A DNA stretch of 64,000 nt from Zygnema circumcarinatum SAG 698-1b (taxonomy: Eukaryota; Plantae; Zygnematophyceae). The notes beneath the pieces were generated by a model, which saw only the letters and a program-made list of their open reading frames with translations, was not told the origin of the DNA and did not search any database. The DNA lies in NCBI GenBank assembly GCA_037447605.1, contig CM074805.1:4559361-4623360 (forward strand), written 5' to 3'. Each line of letters begins with the position of its first letter. Positions within the stretch are counted from its first letter, which is position 1. Of this stretch, positions 50,264-62,197 are shown in pieces. Made by a program: the position numbers and the translations under genes.

Positions 50264-53200
50264 CGACTGACGAGAATGGTGGAGCAGTCGAGCCACAAAG
50301 CACTTCTCATCAAGAACAAACGAAGACTGTCCCTCAAACTCTTCCAGGCATTTGGTCATATAGTGCGAAGAACACCTTCTTCAATGGCACCATCAGACGT
50401 CGGAGAGAAAGGAAGGCGAAGGTGGTGCTTTCACATGAGATGAAGCTGGGCCTTCTTAACGATATCAGCAGATATGGTGTGTCAACTCTCTCTGTCGCAA
50501 AGAAGTACAATGTCACTCGACGCACTGTGCAGAATATGTTGAAGCGTAAAGACAAGATCATCGAAGCAACTCTGAATCCGAGAACGACAAAACGCAAACA
50601 CATTCTTGTGAAGCTGAAGTTTCCTACCCTTGATGCGTTGGTCCAAGCATTTGTCCAGCAACTCCGTTGTAACGGCTGAGATCTGACTCCTTCAGCCTAC
50701 GCGGAATCACACACCAGCACTCAGAGTTCAGCGGGAGAGAGAGAGCAAGAGAGAGAGCTTCAGAGGGTGGCGCAGCCCTGGGCAGGGGTGCAACCGAATG
50801 CCGGTACGTTGGTTGGGTGACGACAATCACCCACGCCCCTTTACGCTTCCCCCGTTGAACCTCCTACCAGCATGGAGGATTGGAAGCAGGGCTGTCCAAT
50901 GGCGATCGCCACGTAGTTCCTCTCTCACCCGAATGCGGGTCGAGGTGTGGCTAACGTAATTTAACGCCAATGCATTTCGCTGGGCGTACGCCAGCGACAA
51001 AGGGCGCCAGCTGTACATCGCTGCACCTGCTGGATCCCCGCTACGCGCTGGGAGCCCGGACAGCTACTGTCCGTACCACCCTGCAAATTCGTGACTCGTA
51101 CCTGACGTAACGGCTGGCCTGGGATTCGGCCGCGTGGCCCGAGATACCCACGGACCGTGATTGGTCCCGCGGGTGCCTAATCCCTAATCCTCCCCTTTTT
51201 AAGCCGAGGAGGGGACCTTGGTTGCAGCGGGCCACCGCGACTACGCGGTGCTCCCCACGCGGTGGTAGAACCGCCTACGGCTTCGAACCTAGGGACCGCG
51301 GGTCCTATAGGGTATCCGATGCCCTAACCGTTAGGTACCGCATTGGATGGAAACATAAAGCCACGCCGGGCCCTAAGTAACCCTTCCCCCTCAGCGATCA
51401 GAATATGCCGCCATTACTCCCCTCAGGAGAATGTGAACTTCCTGCTCACGCGGTAGTAAAGGTACCGTAGTTTCAACGCACGCCGGGCCAACTCTACGCG
51501 GATAACCGGAGGGCTCACCGATAATCCCGGCCAAGTCCCCGCCCGAGTTGCGCGAAGACGACTCAGGGACCCCCCGTGCCGCCCTCGCCCGCGCTCCGAC
51601 GGCCTGCGCCTCCCAGTAAAGGCTGATGAGCTCCTGGCAATTGGTTAAGTTGCCCTCGGCTTCCCATGTGCTATGTTCAACCCCATAGCCCAACCATTTC
51701 ACGAGGTATTCGTGACGGGAAGATCGACCTTTTCTCACAAGACGGTGGGCTTGAATGGTTTCAACTTCGTACTCAAGTTCACCCTCAAGCTCCACTGGTG
51801 GGGGAGGTGGCTGGATCCTCCCATCGCTACGGTAGACCTTTAGCAAACCCACATGAAAGACCGGATGCACCTTCATGTGGGATGGTAAATCCAACCTGTA
51901 GTTTAATATTTATCGATTCGCCTGACCCCGAAGGTCCGACGGTGGCCACAGCCTACGGTTCGCCATGTTTCTTTGAGTCCTGCTCGCATTTTAGAACACC
52001 TCATTGCCTTCGTTGAAGGTGAGTTGGGTACGGTGACGGTCAGCATAGGCCTTTTGTCGCGACTGGGCCGCTAGCAGGGTCTGCCGTGCCCTCTGCAGCG
52101 CCTCAGACATTAGTCGGACAAAAGATCTGACTGCGGGAGGTTGAGTCCCATCAGTCCCTCTCAGCTTCCAAGGATCGGGGTTTCTGTGGACGCCCATGTT
52201 CCACGGATCAGGGGGCTGATCCCTTGGTTGCAGGGGATTTAGAGGATGCTGGCCAAAGTTCAAGAAGAAAGGGGTGGTACCAATGGACTCCTGGAAAGCA
52301 TTATTGATGGCGTACTCTGCCACTGGGAGCAGTTCGTCCCACCCATCCGGGGTAGGTCCCACATAATGCCGGAGGTAATCCTCCAGGATCCTGTTCACCC
52401 GTTCCGTCTGGCCATCGGTTTGCGGGTGGAAAGCTGTACTCAACGCCTGCTTGGTCCCAACGATTTTGAGCACTTCCGTCCAAAAATGGCCGGTGAATCG
52501 TGGATCACGGTCAGACACAATTTCTGACTGAAGACCATGCTGGCTCCACACTTTGTCAACATACAACCGTGCAATCTCGTCGGCCCCAGCGGTCTTAGTA
52601 GTTGGTGCAAAATGCACCATCTTGCTGAGCCGATCGACAAAGACGAGGAGTCATGCCCCCGAGGTGTCACAAGAAGATTTGTGATCAAGTCCATACCCAC
52701 ACTGTCCCATTTCCGAAAAGGAGGTGTGAGGGGTTGCAGCCGGCCAGGGATCCTGCCAGTGAGGGGTTTGTTTCGTTGACAAGTTGGACAAGCGAGTACA
52801 TACGNNNNNNNNNNAAATTAGTCAAGGGGGTAACCAGTTTACTAAACCCTTGGATGAACTTACGAAAATAATTCGCAAAGCCCAGAAAAGACCTCAACTG
52901 ATGCAAGTCAGTCGGTGGCGCCCAAGTTTCTACCGCTGAAACTTTGGCAGGATCAGGCCGAAGGCCTTGATCATTCAAGATATGCCCAAGATAGAGCAAC
53001 TCACGTTGCATGAAGTGACACTTCTTCCTCTTGGCATAAAACTGGTGTTTCCTCAGGGTCTCAAACACTTTCCGAACGTGTTCAAGATGTTCCTCCTCCG
53101 TCTTACTGAAGACAAGGATATCATCGAGGTAAACCAAAACAAACTCGTCCATGCCGATGAACATCTCGTTCATGACAGCCTGGAAAGTTGCCGGAGCATT

Positions 53201-56200
53201 AGTCAATCCAAAGGGCAACACCTTATATTGGAAATGACCAATCGGCGTCCGGAACGCAGTTTTTGGCACATCAGCTTCCGTGACGCGGATTTGATGATAC
53301 CCCTGAGCAAGATCAAGTGATGTGAACACTTTGGCGCCGTGAAGACGATCCAACAGATCATCGATACGTGGTAAAGCAAATCGATTCTTTACGGTGATCT
53401 TGTTGAGTGCGCGATAATCAATGCACATCCTCAACGAGCCATCTTTCTTGCCAACAAACAAGATGGGCGCCCCAAAAGGGCTTTGGCTGGGTTCTATCCA
53501 GCCCTTGTCACGTAAAGTTGCCAACTGCTTACGCATTTCCTCGGTTTCCTTCGGACTTAACCGATAGATCGGCCGCCAAGGCGGCTTTTGCTCAGGCTCA
53601 AGAGGGATTATGTGCCCCACACCTCTCATGGTGGCAACCCTCTGAAGGTCATCGCGGAAGACATCCTCACTCCATCCACACAAACAGGTCGATCGGGATA
53701 ATACCGGTGAAAGCACACATCCGCGGGAGGCTGTGATCTTCATTCCCGAAGACCGCGCTGGCCGCCATGACATGCACCATGAACAAGGTGCATCCTCCTT
53801 AATCAAGCGGCCAACCGCATAATCGGAAAGCACGCATAAGGATGTAAGCAGTCGCTGGACAACAGAGGATGTGGCTCGCCAGGTGCGTAAGTCACTGTCA
53901 CCACCGTGAATGCAATGTGGGGACGTAAAAGTCCATTTGTGCCTTGACCATGGTTAACCAAGCACTCCCCAAAATAACATCAGTACCAGGGGCCAGTTGT
54001 GTTAGAAGACACTTGACTGCCCCAGAGTAGGATTGGAGCTTGATCTTGAGTGTGACGCACTGCAGATCTCGCTCTTAAGGCCCATCCCCAAAGTAACACT
54101 TTCCTAATGGGGATCTGTCAATCTCTAAAACTTTCCTCGGTGAACGCAGTAATCAACAAAGCTAGCATTCCGCCTCAAAGATCGGTGCGTAAGAACCGGC
54201 CGGGTGGGCTACTTGCCGTAATCTCGACGGCGGTCAGCGGCACGCATGGGCAAGGTGGAACATAGATCGCACTATATGCGAAGGTTGAGGACGAGCCGTC
54301 CTCCACACCAATGTGTAGGGTGAGCCAACCAGCAAGCTGGTGGATCCTTCCATCTCTTGCACCAACGTGTGGCCCTTTCCTCAACTGTGTCACCAACCGC
54401 CAAGTGGCGCTGGGAAAGGTGCGAACTGCCATGTGCTGAGGAACCAGCACATGCAGCGCAAGGATATGGGAGGTGTTTCCCATGACATGCAAAACATCCA
54501 TGGCACATTGCATGAGAACATCATCGCCCATGACATTGAGGATAAAGACATGCCAATCACCATTCATCACTACATCCATAAACCCAAAAGGAGTCACTAC
54601 AGTGGCAGGGGAGAGGGAAATGGAAACAGGGAGTGCATCACACACAAAGAGATCGTGCATTCCCAAAGGCCTGCCAACCAATTTAAGAATGTCCGAGGTT
54701 CTAAGAAACAAATGTCCCCTAGACCTGGCAGCAGTCTCCATCCCTCCCCCTAACCTAGCATGTCCACCAGCAACGACCCCTAAGCTGCTGGTGGGTTGGG
54801 GTTTTCCGGCCCCTTGCCCTTCCTGTCCTTGGCGTTCAGAGGGCAATCCCGGGCCTTGTGCCCCTCCTTGCGGCAGCGGAAACACTTGTTCTCCCGCTGC
54901 ATCTTCTCCATTTCCTCTGGAGTCAACTTCTGCGGCCGTGCAGTGGGTGGGCGGGCAGCCACTTCCGGCTGCTTCCGCTTGTTCTTTCCTGCCAGTTTGG
55001 CAGGAGCTGAGGGTCCCGCCTTCCACGACCCTGTCACGTCGCCCGACCTCTGCTGGGGTCGGGAAGGGCCTGCATCGCCTGCAGGGGCGGTGTCCAACTG
55101 AATGGCTGCATCAAAGTACAGCTCAGAGTCAGCGGGGTCCCACGGTTTCAGAGTCCGTGGGTTAGTCCTTAGCTGCTTCCTCAGGTGTGGCTTCAAGCCA
55201 TTCCTGAAGTGGAAAAAGAACTCAGCCTGTCCAGGCTTGTGAGTGGTGATTTGAGGCACCACTTGTCGCAGGTCTCGCAGAAACCGCTTGACAGTGCCGG
55301 TTTGGACCATGTTCTGAAACTTATCCCGGGCCTCCAAGCCGGGATCCAAGGCCCCAAAGTGTTTGATAAGTTCATCTCTGAAGTTATCCCAATCGTCCCC
55401 AATCTCATCAGAGAGGCGCTCATACACACGGTATGCGGCTCCTCTAAGTGCCGGGTAAGCAAAGCTTACCCACTGGAGGGGGGGACAGTTGGTCGCAAGA
55501 AGGTAACCCTTCGTTTGACCCAACCACTGCTCAATCGAGCAGTCCGTGGTAGGATGTTCGCCCCAAAAGGAAAGAGGGGCCACTTTGGCCCGATTCCGTC
55601 GGGCATCCTCAGTAGGTTGCGGGGGAGCAGTCCGAGGACTCGACCCTCCTCCTCAAAGCAGCTGGAATGGGCGGCCTTCTATTGCTGGTGCAGGAGCCCG
55701 CCACCCCTCGCGGGGTGATCGCGGGAAAACCAGGGGGTCCGGACCGCCGCCGCCTCGCAGCCGGGTTAGCGCCGGGACAGTGATTTTACCACCGAGTGGT
55801 TTGTTTCAACCCTTCCCCAGATTCGGCCGCAGACGCACGCCTCTACGTACCGGGGTTCGGGCATACCTTCCTCGATCCCGCTCGGGAGCCGGCCCAAAGC
55901 GTTTCGCAACCTTATTTGAGCGGTTCACCAAGTGACCGCGGAGTCGGCGTCGCCCACCTGCTCGCATATGTGCTATGGGAGTGAGGCCGCCTTCTTTACA
56001 TCCGCCCAGTTCGTCGACCCCTTCTTCATCTTCGGTGACGCCGCCCACCGCGGATGCAATTCTGTCATGGGATCGGGCGTGATCTGCGGCCGGCGGCTCC
56101 GTGACGCTGGAGGGTGGGTAGCAGCCACCGATGCATCTTTGTCATCTCGGGTTTCCTGTGGACTGGCCTCCTGCCAGGGACGGGCCGCTAGCCCCTGAAG

Positions 56201-59200
56201 TTCTTCCTCTATCACCTCGGCCCCTGCGGGACAGGAGGTGGCGCCCCGGTGGGCCCCGGGGTCCCTCCCCGCCCCGACGGTGAGTGGCCTACCAGCCAAT
56301 CCGCGCGGTGTTCCCCGTCAAAGAGAAGGCCGCAACGCTCATACCAATGTAACAAATAGATCCACCTTCCTGTACCACGCCGAATCACACACCAAGATTC
56401 TAGCTCAATGGGAGAGAGAGCAAGAGAGAGAGCTTCGCTGAGAGCAGGCGTCAAGGGGTGCAACCCAAATGCACAAGTGGAGCAGGGATCATGCAGTCAC
56501 CCCACGCCTTCCCCCGCTTGAACCTCTCCTAACAAAGATGGAGGATTGGAAGCAAGGCCGCCCAATGGTAGATCACACGGTTCTCAATTCAATGGGTCGA
56601 GGTAATAACGTGACGAACGCTTCATCAGATTTCATGCTGGGCTGCCGCCGCGACAAGGTAGCGCCGCCGCATATCGCTGCACTGCTGGATCCTACGCTGC
56701 CAGCGGCGCTGTTTGATCAGCCACTTCGTCTGCATCAACGGGTGTACCGTAATTGTACCTACCAACGGCGACCTGGCAGTGGGATCCGCCAGTTCAGATC
56801 CACCGGCGATCGGATTTGTAGCGAACGCTACGGGGCCACTCCACGTGAGGTGTACTTCCTGGTGGGCGCCGCCTCCGCCCTAGTACTCTCACCGCGCTGG
56901 CCGATGCCAAGGCGCCGGGACCACCGGGACCGGAAGGGGTCTCCGGGATCAACCCGCGGCGTTGTAGTGGTCTGGCGCGCGCTGCATAACAGACATATAC
57001 GTGATGTCAGCAAGTCAGCCGATGTGGTCGAGGGATCATGGAATCCCTAATACATCTTCTTTAGCTGCTTCTTGGGAACGTGAATCGCCGCCCTGCATAA
57101 TTACGGTTACCGTTGAGTAATGACGGATCGCTGGCCGCGACTCGGGCACGCTGCTGTAGGGATCCGGACTGCAGCCCGACAGACGATGGCGGCGCGTTGC
57201 AAGTCAGGGCGCCAGCGAATGCGAAGTAGTAGCATTCAGACAGCAGGCCACCTCTCACCCATCCGAAGTCGTGAGAGGACACGCGGGTGCTTGCCATTGA
57301 CAGCCTCGCCTAACTCTCCATGCCTGCAGGAGGTTCAACGGGAAAGTCAGAGGCTGTGGTGATCATTGCCACCAAATCTAACGTGGTATCGCATAATGGG
57401 TTGCACGCCCATACCGGGGTCGCCCCTCACCTCGGAAGCTCTCTCGAATCCTCTGTCCTCAACTCGCTTTGCCAATGCCGTTGAGTGCACCCGCCGCCAG
57501 ACCGGGGCAGGCGCCATTGTTACGTGATTGGTCCCTTGGTGCCTGCAATCCTCAATCTCCCTTAAGCCGAGAGGGACCTTTGGTTGCCAAAAGGGCGACC
57601 GCGACTATGGTGCCCCCACGCCAGGAACCGCCTACTTGCTCAACCTAGACCTCCGTGGTCCTATAGGGTATCCGATGCCCTAACCGTTAGGTACTGCATT
57701 GGATGGAAACATAAAGCCACGCCGGGCCCTAAGTAACCCTTCCCCCCTTGGGGTGACTGTAGCGTTTCGCTACATCCGTGATCAAGGGTTCCCTATCACT
57801 TCCCAAATTATTAGAGACTTTGCGCTTGTAATGGCTACAAACATGGGGATTAGCGAGGATGAATTCAAAGCTAGTGAGCCATGGGCTAGAAATTTTCTCA
57901 AAGAAACGGGTTTGTGCTCGAAATTTCACCGAGAAGTCAGCTCGCATTGGTGCACGGTACGGTTCCGCCCAATAAAGGATCTAAGGAAACGTTTGGAAGG
58001 ATATCCTTTGGAGAATATATACAATATGGACGAAACAGGGTTATTTTACTGGTTGCTTCCCAAGAAAACGTACGTTACAATGCGTGAGGATAGAAAAACT
58101 ATCAGAGGAACAAAGCAGATGAGGTCCAAGGATAGGATATCTTTATACTGTGCGACTAATGCGACTGATACTCACAAAATACCGCTCGGTGTAATCGGCA
58201 AATCAAAGAATCCAACAGTGTTTGGTAAAGGGAAGGAGGCTATCTTACGCGATTTGGGCTTCGCCTATTTTAGCCAGGCGAATGCGTGGTCCGATGGTTC
58301 TACTATGACAAGGTGGCTTCGAGAGGTCTTCCTTCCGGCTATAAAGACAAAGAAAAAGAGCGGCAGGATAGCACTTTTACTAGACAACTGTGGTCCTCAC
58401 AATATGAAAGCAAAGGGAGAGAAGACCATAACGTCGAGCGATAGCCTGTCATGTGAAAAGCTGGCCTCCGTGGAGAATGTCGATATTCTTATGCTACCTC
58501 CGAATGTGACATCCCTTCATCAACCAATGGACCAAGGAGTAATCTCCATGACAAAGAAGAACTATCGATATCGTTTACTGATGGAGTGGAGCAAGCTATT
58601 CATGGATCGAAAGCTGTTGGCTGCGCTCTCCAAAGGGAAGAAGAAAGGATCCAGGGGCCTTTGTGAAGGTGCTCAGCCTCATTTGCTGGATGCTTTGAGC
58701 ATTCTTTCCGCCGTTTGGAGAGATTCTGTTACTACGGAGGCTATTGCCAGGTGTTGGATCAAGGCAGACATCCTTCCAGCTTCCTACAATGCTCAATTGA
58801 TAAGTAAACATGGAAAGCAAGGGCGGACATATCGACGAGTGATTCCTGATGATGACGGCAACAACGTAGACCCACTCGAAGATAGCACAGAGGAGATAGT
58901 CAATGAGGTTGAAGAAGTGCAAAACTGTGAAGAGGAGAAGGATATCGTGGAGCAACTGTGTTCAGTCTTTGCGGACATCGACTTGGCCTTCGGTGGATCT
59001 ACTGTGGACTCGCTTGTGTCTCAGGGTCTTGACGAAGATGTCATTGACTGCATGGCGTCCATAAAGTCAGCTGAGTCTATTGAGAAGCTATTGCATTCAT
59101 GGGTGACGATTGAAGACAACCAAGATGTAAGAGAGGCGATCGTGGAAGACTTTGTCGGAGACTTAGAGCGACAAGCACTCAAGAACTTACCATCGCAGGA

Positions 59201-59582
59201 CCACGAGAATGATGCACAGAATCAAGAGCAACAATCAATGCTTAATGGCAACGAGGAAGACGAGGAGGAAGGTGAAGAACTAAACGAAAAAGGAAGCGAC
59301 CTCCAACATCAAACAGGCTCTTTTATTGCCGCCGCCAACGCCACTGAGCAGCTTCAACTTCCTGACTTGGAGGAGGCTCTCTCTACCCTGAACGATTTTG
59401 ATACCATGCTGAACAACATGGGAGGTCACGGGTCGAAGGCAATGCTTCATCTTAGCCAGGTAAAGCGAGACTTCATTGGTGCTTGGCGAACGGTGAAGAG
59501 GGCGCAGACAAAGGCGAAGCCATCTCGACAAACTTTTGTTCAAGACTTCTTTACTGTCACAGGAGGAGGAGGAGAGGCGTGA
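50264..59582 (+). pseudogene. pogo transposase (CENP-B-type HTHs + DDE_1), split by element D
   Basis: RKAKVVLSHEMKL..VAKKYNVTRRTVQNMLK..KFPTLDALV..QQLR|DQGFPITSQII..FKASEPWARNF; MDETGLF, LLLDN, LPPNVTSLHQPMDQG. Removing 50668-57774 and one TCCGT restores the frame. Confidence 0.92.
50668..57774 (-). mobile_element. Ty3/gypsy chromovirus, element D (same family as A), inserted in the transposase
   Basis: TSD TCCGT; LTRs 50668 to about 51413 and 56348-57774; degenerate PBS TGGTATGAGC at about 56337-56346; gag core nearly identical to A; RT with VYLDD; integrase and chromodomain. Confidence 0.9.
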
Positions 59583-59761
59583 GGAGTAATTTTCAGGTTG
59601 TGATCTGACACCAGATAGAGATTAGAAATAGTCAGTGCGGTTTATGCAATGGTAGGCTATCTCCTATCACGTGGGACTTTGTTCACATTTGTTCGGAATG
59701 TTCATCGTAGGTAGGGCTATTTTTCTCATATTCTTTCTTTATCAACTCTTGCCTTCTCTAG

Positions 59762-59850
59762 CGCCTTAGCATTTACTAAGGCAGCAAGACTGCCTCAGTA
59801 GCTGAGGCAGCTACTGAGGCAGTCTTGCTGCCTTAGTAAATGCTAAGGCG
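59762..59850. repeat. Perfect 43-bp inverted repeat with a 3-nt loop
   Basis: CGCCTTAGCATTTACTAAGGCAGCAAGACTGCCTCAGTAGCTG-AGG-exact reverse complement. Confidence 0.95.
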
Positions 59851-60389
59851 TGAGCTGCTGCTTCCATCTGTTTTTCGGTTATGTGTATGCGGTTCACCAG
59901 CTGATCTTGGCTCATGTAAGCCACCATAAGGTCGGTTGCCACATTTAGCATCTCGCAAACAACGTACCTGCTGTACAAGTACAAGTGCAATTACAGTACA
60001 GCATATCAAGTAACGTTTGCTGTGTGTCGTGTGTGGAAATCGCCCAGTCTGCACGCAAGGTGCAAAGGAGAGAGAGAGCGAGCGAGAGAGAGAGAACGGC
60101 AGCCCTCGGCAAGGGTGCAACTAACTGCCGGTACGTTGGTTGGATGACGACAGTATGTACGACAGTATATGCGTCACGATACGTCACGATACGTCACGAT
60201 ACGATACGATGCTAAATGATACAGTACGATACGGTACGATATGGTACGGTACGATACGTACGGTTCAACATGAACTCTAACATAATACCGCCCGTCTATT
60301 CGTAACACGAACCTTATATATGCAAATTTAATATTTTCGCCTCATTTTGCCCGGAACCAGGGTGGAAAATATGAGGACCCCCTACTGTA

Positions 60390-60713
60390 ACGCAAAACTC
60401 ACCTAATCTCCCCGCCCGTGCCGCCGTAAGTGGCGCTCTCACTTCTCCCCTTCTTCTTGGCTTAGATACGATACGATACGATATTGATCGATACGGTACT
60501 ATCCGTACTAGCCGTACTAGCCATACTTGACGATACGGTACGATGCGGTACGATACGACATCAAATGATACGATACGATATGTACCGACATACATGAACT
60601 CTAACAAAATTCCGCTCGCCTATTATTGGTAACTCGGACCTTCTATTTGCCAAAAACAATATTTTCGCCCGGTATTTGCCGAAACCATGGCGAAAATATG
60701 ACGAGGACCCCTG
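60390..60713 (+). mobile_element. Right part of a pogo-family MITE that received the large pogo insertion
   Basis: Continues the MITE consensus CGCAAAACTCACCTAATCTCCCCGC seen at 18704; ends GAGGACCCCTG-TA. Confidence 0.65.
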
Positions 60714-61090
60714 TAGAATCGTATGGCATATTTGTACGGAGTTAATGTACGGAACTGTACGGACGAATTCTCACCTCTCTAGCTGTTTAGCAATTGGTGT
60801 GAATCCCAAGACCCTTTGATCGAATGGTTCATGTTGTTCATCATGTTTTGCTTTTGGCGGCGAGGTTTTACGAAGGACATGTATAAGACTACTGTTTTCT
60901 GTGTCTTTGTCAACCGGAGCTTTGAGGGAGGCATGGGATGCTTGAGCTCCTGTTCAATTCTGAAATAATTTTTTTGTGGATATATGTGCTGTTCCTTGTA
61001 TGATTGAGACTCTTGAAAATATCTAGGAAAGAAAACGCTTCTTAGGATGAGATAGAAGATACTGAGAGAGAAATAGGGCCCAGTTCTACA

Positions 61091-61290
61091 CTCCCTCCCA
61101 CTCTCCCCCTCCCACTCCCTCCCACTCTCCCCCTCCCACTCCCTCCCACTCCCTCCCCCTCTCTCCCACCTCCCACTCTCTCCCACCTCCCACTCCCTCC
61201 CACTCTCCTCCCCCCACTCTCTCCCACTCTCCCCCTCCCACTCCCTCCCACTCTCTTCCCCTCCCACTCTCTCCCACTCTCCCCCTCTTC
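61091..61290 (+). repeat. Pyrimidine-rich minisatellite (CTCCCTCCCACTCTCCCC-like units)
   Basis: Direct reading. Confidence 0.8.
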
Positions 61291-61849
61291 CTTTTTCGCT
61301 CTCTGCCCTCTCAATGTCAGTTACATAAACCAATCTCGTACTTGTACAAAACCTTGATCTTAGCTTATCTGTACCTTGTAATCTCTCGTGTACTTTTAGT
61401 GCAGTCGCTCTCACAACCAAGCCATCTTAACGACTGCTTTAGGGACTGAAATTTCAGGACTTGAATTCGCACACATAGCACATTGCAATCCTTGTTGGGC
61501 AAGTCATCACATTCCAAGTGAACAACCATCCATGAATAGATTGCGAAAAGACATGCATTTGAAAACATAAGGCGAAGAAGCAGTTAGAAGTTTGGTCTGG
61601 CACTGCTGCTAAAACAATGCGTGAGTGAGTGAGTGCTAAAGGAAAAGAAAAAGCATATGCATACAAAGTCCCCCCCTCCCCAGATCATCACTGAACTAAC
61701 TCTAAGACAGGGTGACCAGCCATACTCTCTATCAGCTTCACTACACTATTAGAAGTGTACCAAAAAAGCATAAAGTTAAAGTCTGCAGGTCATCGCTGCG
61801 GCCTCAGGCTATCTGCTCCCAACGCCCATACCCCTGTCAGACCACTCTC

Positions 61850-62110
61850 CTCCTCCTCCCCTTGCCCCTCCCCCTCCCTGACCCCCCCTCTCCCTCCCCT
61901 TCCCTCTCCCTCATCCCCCCTCCCCCTCCCTCTCCCTCGTCCCCACTCCCCCTCCCACTCCCCCTCCCTCATCCCCCCTCCCCCTCCTCATCCCCCCTCT
62001 CCCTCATCCCCCCTCNNNNNNNNNNTCCCCCTCCCCCTTCCACCCCCCTCCCTCATCCCCCCTCCCCCTCCGCCTCCCCCTCCCCTCCCCTTATTCCCCC
62101 TCCCTCATCC
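61850..62110 (+). repeat. C-rich low-complexity tract with an N gap, downstream of P4H
   Basis: Direct reading. Confidence 0.8.
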
Positions 62111-62197
62111 CCACAAGCATCCATAGTGTCCCAATCAAAGCTCTTTCTTTCCCACTCCCACTCCTTCCTCAAGTTCACGCAGGGAAGGGAAGGATCA

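Larger units (their letters stand above)
41676..60387 (+). mobile_element. pogo/Tigger-like DNA transposon interrupted by elements C and D
   Basis: Left TIR CAGTGGGGGG|TCCTCGTATTTACCACCC (split by C); right TIR reverse complement CAGTAGGGGGTCCTCATATTTTCCACCC; TA at 41674-41675 and 60388-60389. Confidence 0.88.

Noticed and set aside
60779-62126. ORFs in the G/E/W-rich and P/S-rich region downstream of P4H
   Set aside because: They are driven by minisatellite and C-rich tracts; no splice-supported exon was found.
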